Origin: Verrucomicrobiota bacterium
GTDB taxonomy: Bacteria; Verrucomicrobiota; Verrucomicrobiia; Opitutales; Cerasicoccaceae
Reading direction: 5' to 3'
Assembly (NCBI GenBank): GCA_039818205.1
Contig: JBCBUK010000004.1
Span: 200,302 to 264,301, forward strand
DNA length: 64,000 bases
Below, piece after piece: positions 28,556-37,019 of this stretch. The position numbers and the translations under genes were made by a program. A model generated the notes under the pieces. The model was not told the DNA's origin. It worked only from the letters and a program-made list of their open reading frames with translations, and searched no databases. Positions within the stretch are counted from its first letter, which is position 1. Each line of letters begins with the position of its first letter.

Positions 28556-28695
28556 GCACAAAAAACGCCGTCTCGAATTGAGACGGCGTTTATGAAAATC
28601 TAGAGCTTGGCCTACTGAGCAGCTTTCGCCTGCTTACGACGGCGATAGAGAACCAAGGCACCCAGGCCGAGGAGACCAGCACCCGCGATGTAGGT
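28556..28695. repeat. Direct repeat copy A (terminator + PEP-CTERM 3' tail); 28592-28695 identical to 30017-30120
   Basis: 104-bp exact match ATGAAAATCTAGAGCTTGGCC...CCCGCGATGTAGGT, preceded by a near-identical terminator (AAACGCCGTCTCGAATTGAGACGGCGTTT). Confidence 0.92.
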
Positions 28696-29199
28696 TGACG
28701 GCTCAGGTACGGTGCTAACTGGGATATTCAGTGTCACCGTGTCGCTGGGGAGTGTCCAGGTGACCGTTCCTGGCGAGTTGATGCCCAGACCGGCAAAGTT
28801 AGTCCCGACATAGGTTGCGGAGAAGTTCAAGGGCGCTCCTGATACGTATGCTGGAGGCAGCCCAACGGAGCTTAGAAAAAGGAGAAACGAATCACCCGTA
28901 GCAATGGCTGTGGGAAAAGAGCCACCAGGCCCAATCGAGCCCACCCTAACCGCGTTGTAGAAGGGGAGAACGGTGGATCCACCACCCGGAAAATCGAATC
29001 CAAGTATATTAGCCGTAGCAATAATCGTCCCTGGTGTTCCTACGTTTCCAGACCCAAACGCAACAGCGCCCGTGAGATCGATCGAACCCGAACCGGTGAA
29101 GACAACATTACCACCGACTTCGGCAGCATTTATAACGACAGCAGCTTGGCTGGTAAGGGCGGATGCTGCGAGGAGAACGGATGCGATAACTACTTTCAT
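28612..29199 (-). CDS. PEP-CTERM protein, tandem array copy 3
   Basis: AVVINAAEVGGNVVFTGSGSIDL; LPSDTVTL; VPEPSTYIAGAGLLGLGALVLYRRRKQAKAAQ. Confidence 0.93.
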   Translation of the reverse strand: MKVVIASVLLAASALTSQAAVVINAAEVGGNVVFTGSGSIDLTGAVAFGSGNVGTPGTIIATANILGFDFPGGGSTVLPFYNAVRVGSIGPGGSFPTAIATGDSFLLFLSSVGLPPAYVSGAPLNFSATYVGTNFAGLGINSPGTVTWTLPSDTVTLNIPVSTVPEPSTYIAGAGLLGLGALVLYRRRKQAKAAQ

Positions 29200-29327
29200 G
29201 GCGACGCAAACCAACTCAGCCAATGAAAGCAGCGCAAGCCTATAGCCTCGAAAACCGACGGAAAAGTATCAAAAAATAATGATTAGCCTTTATCCGCCGC
29301 TGTGGTTGGGTAGCAAAAACAAATAGC

Positions 29328-29906
29328 CTAGGTGCTTTGCTTTAACTTGCGACGGCGGAGCCAAACCATCGTGCCCAGGCCGAGGAGGCCTGCTCCGGCG
29401 ATGTAGGTGGATGGCTCAGGTACCGAGCCAACCGTAAGTGTTACTGTATCGCTGGGGAGCGCCCAAACCGAAGCTACTGGGGTGGTGATTCCCAATCCTG
29501 CAAACGTTGTTCCTACGTAGGTGGAAGAAAAACTAATTGGAGCGTTTGAAACATAGCCTGGAGGGAGGCCAATTAAACCACCGGCAACAAAAAATGGATC
29601 TCCGGACACAATGGGTGTGGTGGTTGCTCCGCCAGTGCCAAACGGCCCAGGCGAAATTGCAATGTAGCTATCGTACAATGTCGTGCCACCGCCTAGGGCG
29701 TCATAGCCAACTGCTGCTCCATTCGGAATTATAAGCGCATCATCTCCAAGGATTGTGGGGCCTCCCGGGGCAGCGCCGGCGAGGTCAATCGACCCGGAAC
29801 CAGAGATGACAACATTACCACCGACTTCGGCAGCTGTGATGACGATCGCGGCGTGGCTCGTAATGACCGATGCGGCTAGGAGTGCGATTGTGGCAATAGT
29901 CTTCAT
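29328..29906 (-). CDS. PEP-CTERM protein, tandem array copy 4
   Basis: AIVITAAEVGGNVVISGSGSIDL; LPSDTVTL; VPEPSTYIAGAGLLGLGTMVWLRRRK. Confidence 0.93.
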   Translation of the reverse strand: MKTIATIALLAASVITSHAAIVITAAEVGGNVVISGSGSIDLAGAAPGGPTILGDDALIIPNGAAVGYDALGGGTTLYDSYIAISPGPFGTGGATTTPIVSGDPFFVAGGLIGLPPGYVSNAPISFSSTYVGTTFAGLGITTPVASVWALPSDTVTLTVGSVPEPSTYIAGAGLLGLGTMVWLRRRKLKQST

Positions 29907-29980
29907 AATTATGAAAAATTAATTGTTCAATAAATGATTTCGCAAGCTCATTAGTGGAGGTTGCGTAACTAAGCTAAGAT

Positions 29981-30120
29981 GCACAAAAAACGCCGCCTCT
30001 AATCGAGACGGCATTCATGAAAATCTAGAGCTTGGCCTACTGAGCAGCTTTCGCCTGCTTACGACGGCGATAGAGAACCAAGGCACCCAGGCCGAGGAGA
30101 CCAGCACCCGCGATGTAGGT
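29981..30120. repeat. Direct repeat copy B (terminator + PEP-CTERM 3' tail)
   Basis: Matches 28556-28695; the terminator part carries a few substitutions/indels, the last 104 bp are identical. Confidence 0.92.
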
Positions 30121-30618
30121 GGAAGGCTCGGGCACCGCTGCAACATTGAGCGTTACAGTATCGCCTGGGAGCGTCCACACGAAGGTTCCTGGAGAGGTGA
30201 TGCCCAGGCTCACAAATGAAGTTCCAACAAATGTGCTCGTGAAACTAATTGGCGTATTGGAAATGTAGCCTACGGGTAGTCCAACGAGGTTGGCATCGAC
30301 GAGAAATGAGTCGCCAGTTGCCGTCGGGCTCGTGGTTGTGCCACCCGCACCGAAATTGCCAACCGATGTTGCTGTATAAAACTGAAGGTTCGTTGTGCCG
30401 CCACCAGCGAAATCGAATCCTAGGATATCCGAATTCGGAACGACTGCTGCTGGGTCTCCAAGAGTCCCCGTGCCGCCCATTACTGCTCCAGCAAGGTCGA
30501 TTGAACCGTTGCCCGTGAAAACAATGTTACCGCCAACTTTAGCGGCGTTGATGATGATGGCGCCGTGGCAAGCAATAGCCGACGCTGCGAAAAATGCGGT
30601 TGCAATAAGTAGCTTCAT
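30037..30618 (-). CDS. PEP-CTERM protein, tandem array copy 5
   Basis: AIIINAAKVGGNIVFTGNGSIDL; LPGDTVTL; VPEPSTYIAGAGLLGLGALVLYRRRKQAKAAQ. Confidence 0.93.
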   Translation of the reverse strand: MKLLIATAFFAASAIACHGAIIINAAKVGGNIVFTGNGSIDLAGAVMGGTGTLGDPAAVVPNSDILGFDFAGGGTTNLQFYTATSVGNFGAGGTTTSPTATGDSFLVDANLVGLPVGYISNTPISFTSTFVGTSFVSLGITSPGTFVWTLPGDTVTLNVAAVPEPSTYIAGAGLLGLGALVLYRRRKQAKAAQ

Positions 30619-30933
30619 AGTAACGCGGATTGAATCGATCCAACCCTTGCCATGCAAGCCTTTAGGAAGTCAATGTGGTAAAAAATGCCTAATGATTGGG
30701 CTTATTCGTTAAGGGTTTAAATTTGTTAAGAGCGATTAAGTTATGCCTGAGTAGATGGCTTTATTTATCGGTAGCGAAAGTCTACTATCGCACTAAGGCC
30801 AATGAGCCCTGGGGTGGGCAATCGGTGGATCGCGTTGGAGCGGGATCACGTTTTTGCGGAATGGTGTCGGGTGGGAGGTTAGGTTGGCGATTCCGTGCTT
30901 GTCACTAAGGGTACTTCGGGTCAGATTTTTCGC

Positions 30934-31254
30934 ATGATACGCGCTCTATTGATTACATTGACAATTGCTCTACTCGCTGGTTGCTCCAGCTTTTCCGACC
31001 GTATTCAAGACCTCGACTTCGGCATGACTGAAGGTCAGGTTCGCGACGAACTCGGTAGCGATTACCAAGTCGTTGCCTCATCGATTAACAAAGAGGGGCA
31101 GAAGGTCGCTGGCTGGAAATACCAGGATTCTGAAAAGGATCCAGCCTACATGGTCTACTTCGTGGATGGAAAGTTGGCTCAGTGGGGCGAAGCCGGTGCG
31201 CTTCGGGCTATTCCCGAGCTCGGCAACCCCGACCACGGAAGCGAGTCAAAGTAG
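30934..31254 (+). CDS. Small lipoprotein (SmpA/BamE-like fold)
   Basis: Lipobox LLAG|C; LDFGMTEGQVRDELG, WKY, VYFVDGKL pattern. Confidence 0.75.
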   Translation: MIRALLITLTIALLAGCSSFSDRIQDLDFGMTEGQVRDELGSDYQVVASSINKEGQKVAGWKYQDSEKDPAYMVYFVDGKLAQWGEAGALRAIPELGNPDHGSESK

Positions 31255-31325
31255 CACCGTGCTTCAGTTCGGGGCGTCGCCCCGAAGCACGAAGGAAATC
31301 GCGACTGGATAACCGACCTTATTTC

Positions 31326-31362
31326 AGCGCCACGCCGATTTCCAGCGGGGCGCTTTTGTTTC
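31326..31362 (+). terminator. Intrinsic terminator candidate
   Basis: AGCGCCACGC...GCGGGGCGCT followed by TTTGTTT. Confidence 0.5.
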
Positions 31363-31526
31363 CCAGGAAATACTCGAGACTTGCGAGGATGAACGACCCT
31401 TGCGCCCAGCTTAAGGGCTTGGTCTTTCATTCGGTAACGTGTTAAAAATGCAATCTTCGTGGATTCGCCCGCTGTGATCGCTTTGATTAAACCGGTCGAA
31501 TTCCTCATAATAATTTAACGATATTG

Positions 31527-31958
31527 ATGGAAGACGTTCAAAAAATAATCCCGCACCGCCCACCATTCCTGTTCATCGACGAAGTCGTCGAAGTTGAATC
31601 CGATCGCGTCCTTTGCCGCCGCACACTGCGTGCCGATGAGTTTTTCTACGAAGGTCACTATCCGGGAAATCCAATCACCCCCGGGGTTCTATTGTGCGAG
31701 TCCGTGTTTCAAGCCGGAGCCGTTCTTTTGATTAAGAAACTCGGGGAGGGCGCCGCAGAGGGAAAAACACCCGTTCTATCCCGCATTCAAGACGCCCGTT
31801 TTAAACGAATGGTCAAGCCGGGTGACACGGTCGAGATCGAAGCCATCTTCAAAGAAGAGATTCGTGGATTCAATTTCATGCGCGGCTCCGTAAAACTGGC
31901 GGGCAAAAATGCGCTGACGATCGACTACGTTTTGGCCCTCGTGGACGAAGCGAGCTAA
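31527..31958 (+). CDS. fabZ: 3-hydroxyacyl-ACP dehydratase (FabZ family)
   Basis: IPHRPPFLFID, FYEGHYPGNPITPGVLLCESVFQ, ARFKRMVKPGD. Confidence 0.85.
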   Translation: MEDVQKIIPHRPPFLFIDEVVEVESDRVLCRRTLRADEFFYEGHYPGNPITPGVLLCESVFQAGAVLLIKKLGEGAAEGKTPVLSRIQDARFKRMVKPGDTVEIEAIFKEEIRGFNFMRGSVKLAGKNALTIDYVLALVDEAS

Positions 31959-32065
31959 TGTTACAGAGCTTTTCCTAAGTGTAGCGGCCATTTTGCCGAT
32001 AAGTAACTTTGTTGATTTCGATGCCCGTCCTTTACATTCCGCTTGGAATCGATACGTAATAACTC

Positions 32066-32608
32066 ATGGCCAAACCACCGGATTGCAGTCATTGCCAAAA
32101 GCAGGCCACGATTCATCTCACCCAGATAATCAACAACCAGATCAAGAAGTTGGATTTCTGTGAGGGATGCCCTCATCAACAAGGAGTTACAGATCCGGCC
32201 GGCTTTTCTTTGGCCGAATTGCTCGCCCAGAGCGAAAAGGATGCTGAACCCATTGAAACGGATCAAAGCGGCACCACCTGCGTGACCTGTGGATTTGCTC
32301 CAAACGATTTCAAGAAACTCGGGCGGCTCGGTTGTCCGGATTGTTACGATAATCTGGAATCGCTAATCGAGCCGATGCTTGAGCGCATGCATCGTGGCAC
32401 GAAGCATGTTGGTAAATTGCCCGATCACCTGATTCACCGGGTGCGCATGAAGGCAAAGATTAAACAGGCTGAGTATGCGCTCCAGCACGCCATCGCAAAT
32501 GAAGCGTTCGAGGATGCCGCAAAATTGAGAGATGAATTGAAAGCCTTGAAATCGGCCTTTGATTCCGGTAATTTTGACTCAGCTGACCACGCGGATAGAA
32601 CCGCGTAA
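32066..32608 (+). CDS. mcsA: McsA, activator of protein arginine kinase (4 x CxxC + UVR domain)
   Basis: CSHC, CEGC, CVTC, GRLGCPDCY, HVGKLP, AIANEAFEDAAKLRDEL; upstream of mcsB-clpC. Confidence 0.92.
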   Translation: MAKPPDCSHCQKQATIHLTQIINNQIKKLDFCEGCPHQQGVTDPAGFSLAELLAQSEKDAEPIETDQSGTTCVTCGFAPNDFKKLGRLGCPDCYDNLESLIEPMLERMHRGTKHVGKLPDHLIHRVRMKAKIKQAEYALQHAIANEAFEDAAKLRDELKALKSAFDSGNFDSADHADRTA

Positions 32609-32704
32609 ACAATTGTTCTTTAATTGATTAACTAATTCGGATTTCCGAGAAACCTGGATCCGATAACGGTGTCGGAATCTATGCCACGTACCTTTTACGC
32701 AAAA

Positions 32705-33790
32705 ATGCAAATACAACCGCTAATCGACGGAAAAAGCGAGCTCACTCACGCTGCTGAGCCACCTCAAGAGGTGGTCATTAGTTCGCGGGTTCGCTTGGCG
32801 CGCAATTTGCAGGGTCATCCTTTCCCGGGGTGGGCCAAAGCGGCACAGCGCCGCGCCGTTTTGACCGAATGCGAAGAGGCCATCGCGGGCCTGGGCATCA
32901 TGCAAAAAGGCTCCGTGCTGGAGATTGAAAAACTTTCTGACCTCGAAAAACAGGTTCTGGTTGAGCGTCATTTGATCAGTCGTGAGCTGTCCGCCCATGG
33001 TGCCGGTGCCGGTGTCATCGTTAGCTCGGATCAAGTTGCGGCGATCATGATCAATGAGGAGGACCACCTGCGAATTCAGGTCCTGCGATCTGGGTATCAC
33101 TTTGACGATATCTGGCAGGTCATCGACGAGATCGATACCGCGCTTGAGGACAAAATCGACTACGCTTTTTCAGAAGAAATTGGCTACTTGACCGCTTGCC
33201 CAACCAATGTGGGAACGGGTTTGCGGGCTTCGGTGATGATGCATTTGCCGGGCTTGGTCTTGTCCAGCCAGATGGAAAAAGTGGTGCGAGCGGTCAATCA
33301 ATTAGGCATGGTCGTGCGTGGTCTATTCGGGGAAGGTTCCGACGCCTCGGGCAGCCTGTTTCAGATTTCCAATCAGCAAACGCTGGGTGAAAGTGAGATC
33401 GAAATCATCCGTCGTCTGGGCAACGTAATCGACACCATTAAGGAGCAGGAGGTGAATGCACGTTTGCGCCTTATTGAGAACGAGCCGCAAAAATTGGCCG
33501 ACAAAATCGGTCGCGCCTATGGAATTTTGCAGCATGGGCACGTTTTAAGCTCAAGTGAAGCTATGAACTTTCTTTCTCTTATCCGGTTGGCCGTCGATTT
33601 GGGCATTCTACCGGTTGAGCAGAGAGCTCAGGTGGACCGTTTGTTCCTGGAGAGTCAACCGGGGCACATCCAGTTTGCCGCTCGAGAAAACATTGATAGT
33701 GAGGGGCGGGACATCGCTCGCGCCCGCATGCTACGGGAAGAAACGAGGATTATGCCGCCTCTCAATTTTGACAAGTTGGCATTTTCGTGA
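32705..33790 (+). CDS. mcsB: Protein arginine kinase
   Basis: SSRVRLARNL, INEEDHLRIQ, GYLTACPTNVGTGLRASVMMHLP, QISNQQTLG. Confidence 0.95.
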   Translation: MQIQPLIDGKSELTHAAEPPQEVVISSRVRLARNLQGHPFPGWAKAAQRRAVLTECEEAIAGLGIMQKGSVLEIEKLSDLEKQVLVERHLISRELSAHGAGAGVIVSSDQVAAIMINEEDHLRIQVLRSGYHFDDIWQVIDEIDTALEDKIDYAFSEEIGYLTACPTNVGTGLRASVMMHLPGLVLSSQMEKVVRAVNQLGMVVRGLFGEGSDASGSLFQISNQQTLGESEIEIIRRLGNVIDTIKEQEVNARLRLIENEPQKLADKIGRAYGILQHGHVLSSSEAMNFLSLIRLAVDLGILPVEQRAQVDRLFLESQPGHIQFAARENIDSEGRDIARARMLREETRIMPPLNFDKLAFS

Positions 33791-33830
33791 TTTTAATGAT
33801 ATTCACCAGTAAAGGAGATAAGAACTATAG

Positions 33831-36323
33831 ATGGAGCCAATGAATAATTTTACCCCTCGAGCCCAACAAGTCCTAGCCCTTGCACGCAAGGAGGCGGACC
33901 GTTTTCACCACAACTATGTGGGAACCGAGCACTTGTTGCTTGGATTGATCAACCTTGGGCAAGGGGTTGCAGTTAACGTCCTCCAGAAAATGGGATTGGA
34001 CTTGGATACCGTGCGTGCAGCGGTTGAAAAACAGGTTGGCACCGGGCCGGAGAGCAAACCGACCGGCAGCATTCCTTATACGCCTCGTGTCAAGAAGGTG
34101 CTCGCGTTAGCGGGCAAGGAAGCGAAATCTCTCAACCATTCCTACATTGGGACCGAGCATATTTTGCTCGGCCTGTTGCGTGAGGGTGAGGGCGTGGCCG
34201 CTCGCGTGCTGAAGAGCCTCGACGTGGACATCGAACGCTGCCGAAACGAAATTTTGTCTGAGCTCGACCCAAATTTCACGGGTGAGACGGATGATGGTCC
34301 TTTAGGAGGTCCTCAACCCGCCGGCGCCAGCGGCCCAACGAGTGATGACAAAAAGGAGGTAAAGACGCCTGCCTTGAAGGCATTCGGTCGCGATTTAACA
34401 GAACTCGCGCGCAATGGCGAAATGGACCCTGTGATTGGCCGGAAGAAGGAAATTCGCCGTGTAATCCAGATCCTTTGCCGCCGGACCAAAAACAATCCAG
34501 TGCTCATCGGTGAAGCCGGTGTTGGTAAAACGGCGATTGTTGAAGGACTTGCGATGGAGATCGCCTCCGGTGTTGTTCCGGAAATTCTTGCCGATAAACG
34601 TGTTATCACCCTTGATCTCGCATTGATGGTCGCGGGCACGAAATATCGTGGTCAATTTGAGGAGCGTATTAAGGCCGTGATGGACGAGATCCGTCGCGCG
34701 AAGAACATCATCATCTTCATCGACGAGTTGCACACCATCGTCGGAGCCGGAGCCGCTGAAGGTGCGATGGACGCCTCGAATATTTTCAAACCCGCGCTCA
34801 GCCGTGGCGAATTGCAGTGTATCGGTGCAACCACGTTGGCCGAGTACCGCAAGTATATCGAGAAGGACAGTGCGCTTGATCGCCGCTTCCAGTCCGTCAA
34901 GGTTGAAGCTCCAAACATCGAGGACACGCTCAAGATTCTTCAAGGAATCCGCGGCAAGTATGAAGATCACCATAAGGTGACTTTTACCGAGGCTTCATTG
35001 GAGTATGCGGTTAAGCTTTCGGATCGTTACATCACCTCGCGCTTTTTGCCAGACAAGGCAATCGATGTTCTCGATGAGGCTGGCTCTCGTGCCCGGATCG
35101 ATTCCCTGAATCGTCCACCGGAAATCGAGGACATGGCCACCGAGATCGACGATATTTGTAGCAAGAAGGAAGACGCGATCAGCAAGCAACATTTTGAGCA
35201 GGCGGCGAAATTCCGTGATCAAGAGAAACAGCTGCGCGCCAAGCGCGAGCAGATGATCGAAGAATGGAAGAAAAACCGTGAAGAGCAGGTTATTACGGTC
35301 GACGAAGAAGCGATGTGCGAAGTCGTTTCAGACTGGACGGGCATCCCACTCTCGCGGATGGAACAGACCGAGAGCCAGAAGTTGCTCAAGCTCGAAGCCG
35401 ACCTTCAAAATTACCTCATCGGTCAGAATGAAGCAACTGAGGTTATATCCAAAGCCTTGCGTCGTTCACGCGCTGACCTCAAGGATCCACGGCGTCCAAT
35501 CGGTTCGTTCATGTTCTTGGGACCAACCGGTGTTGGTAAGACGCACCTTGCGAAGATTTTGGCCGAGAAGATGTTCGGCGACCAGGATGCGCTAATCCAA
35601 ATCGACATGTCGGAATACATGGAGAAATTCGCGCTGAGCCGCTTGATTGGATCGCCTCCCGGATACGTCGGCTACGAAGAGGGCGGTCAGCTGACCGAGC
35701 AGGTTCGTCGCAAGCCATATAGTGTGATCCTTTTCGACGAAATTGAGAAGGCTCACCCGGATGTCGCTCAGATTCTGTTGCAGGTTCTTGAAGATGGACG
35801 CCTAACGGATAGCCTCGGCCGCGCGGTCGATTTTCGTAACACGATCCTAATCATGACCTCAAACGTTGGCGCGGACGTCCTCCAGCGAAGCACATCGATG
35901 GGCTTTGACGTTGGCTTGAGCGATGCTCGTGATTTCGAGCGCATTAAGGACAAGATTCTCGATGAAACCAAGAAGGCGTTTAAACCGGAGTTTTTGAATC
36001 GCCTGACCGAGATTGTCATCTTCCGCAAGCTCACGAAGGTGCACATGACCAGCATCGTGGATTTGGAGCTCAAGAAGGTTTCCAAGCGTTTGAAAGACCA
36101 CGAGATCACTTTCACGGTTTCTGATGAAGCCAAGGAGTTTCTCATCGAGCGGGGCTGGGATGACAAATATGGTGCACGCCCACTACGCCGTGCGATCGAG
36201 CGTCACCTCGAGGATCCATTGGCGGAAGCCATTCTGCGAGACGAGGTCAAGCGCGGTGAGCCGATCAAGGTCACTGTTCGCGATGACGCGCTTCGGTTCG
36301 AGCAAGAAGCCGCCGTTGGGTAA
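33831..36323 (+). CDS. clpC: ATP-dependent Clp protease ATPase ClpC
   Basis: Two Clp-N repeats, GEAGVGKT, short UVR-like M domain, [11 protein letters not shown] ClpP-docking loop. Confidence 0.96.
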   Translation: MEPMNNFTPRAQQVLALARKEADRFHHNYVGTEHLLLGLINLGQGVAVNVLQKMGLDLDTVRAAVEKQVGTGPESKPTGSIPYTPRVKKVLALAGKEAKSLNHSYIGTEHILLGLLREGEGVAARVLKSLDVDIERCRNEILSELDPNFTGETDDGPLGGPQPAGASGPTSDDKKEVKTPALKAFGRDLTELARNGEMDPVIGRKKEIRRVIQILCRRTKNNPVLIGEAGVGKTAIVEGLAMEIASGVVPEILADKRVITLDLALMVAGTKYRGQFEERIKAVMDEIRRAKNIIIFIDELHTIVGAGAAEGAMDASNIFKPALSRGELQCIGATTLAEYRKYIEKDSALDRRFQSVKVEAPNIEDTLKILQGIRGKYEDHHKVTFTEASLEYAVKLSDRYITSRFLPDKAIDVLDEAGSRARIDSLNRPPEIEDMATEIDDICSKKEDAISKQHFEQAAKFRDQEKQLRAKREQMIEEWKKNREEQVITVDEEAMCEVVSDWTGIPLSRMEQTESQKLLKLEADLQNYLIGQNEATEVISKALRRSRADLKDPRRPIGSFMFLGPTGVGKTHLAKILAEKMFGDQDALIQIDMSEYMEKFALSRLIGSPPGYVGYEEGGQLTEQVRRKPYSVILFDEIEKAHPDVAQILLQVLEDGRLTDSLGRAVDFRNTILIMTSNVGADVLQRSTSMGFDVGLSDARDFERIKDKILDETKKAFKPEFLNRLTEIVIFRKLTKVHMTSIVDLELKKVSKRLKDHEITFTVSDEAKEFLIERGWDDKYGARPLRRAIERHLEDPLAEAILRDEVKRGEPIKVTVRDDALRFEQEAAVG

Positions 36324-36344
36324 ACAAATACAGATTTGAAAACG

Positions 36345-36376
36345 AAACGCCGTCCAATTGGACGGCGTTTTTTATT
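36345..36376 (+). terminator. Intrinsic terminator after clpC
   Basis: AAACGCCGTCC-AATT-GGACGGCGTTT followed by TTTATT. Confidence 0.85.
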
Positions 36377-36395
36377 AAAGACTGCTTCAGGAAAA

Positions 36396-36959
36396 ATGAA
36401 GAATCTACTTCTCACTTGGTTAATTCTCTCCTGCTCTGGGTGTAGTTCATCGACTGTGCTAACGAAAAATGAATCATTTGATACTTTTTCGGAAGACCAA
36501 GAACGCTTGATTACTGTTGAAGATTGGGCATCAACTCTGGGAGGCGCAATCGCCTACACAGTAGTCAGAGGCGATATCGTTATCTTCACCAGAAATGACT
36601 TTTCAAAACCGGAAAGTGAACTCTATAGAGCAACACTAACGGAGGAGAGATTAAAAGAATTCGAAACCGCTATCAGCGAGATTCCTGATGATTTGATCGG
36701 CAAGGTGTTTTATCGTGAAGGAATACATGGAGGCTCTTTCCTTCGCATAAATCTATCTCCCAACGGTTCCCTCGGTGAAGATCGAATAGAACTAGAGAAC
36801 GTATACGAGCCTAGATTGTCTCCGATTCTAGACCTTATAAATCAGTCGATTCCCGACGAATATAATCTGAGGTTCGATGAACAAAGTGAGAGACTTAGTA
36901 AGAGATTTTTGGAGCACCCGATCGCCCATCGGCCAGTTTGGATACAATCCAATGAATAG
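36396..36959 (+). CDS. Hypothetical lipoprotein
   Basis: MKNLLLTWLILSCSG|C lipobox-like; AT-richer codons than its neighbours. Confidence 0.7.
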   Translation: MKNLLLTWLILSCSGCSSSTVLTKNESFDTFSEDQERLITVEDWASTLGGAIAYTVVRGDIVIFTRNDFSKPESELYRATLTEERLKEFETAISEIPDDLIGKVFYREGIHGGSFLRINLSPNGSLGEDRIELENVYEPRLSPILDLINQSIPDEYNLRFDEQSERLSKRFLEHPIAHRPVWIQSNE

Positions 36960-37019
36960 CGGAAACAGTTGTTTCTGAACAACGCCTTACGCCGGGCCAG
37001 AGATCATGCCTAATTCGAG

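Noticed and set aside
27295..30618. Diversity-generating retroelement or shufflon explaining the PEP-CTERM array
   Set aside because: No reverse transcriptase or site-specific recombinase in the window, all copies are co-oriented, and the differences are not adenine-restricted.
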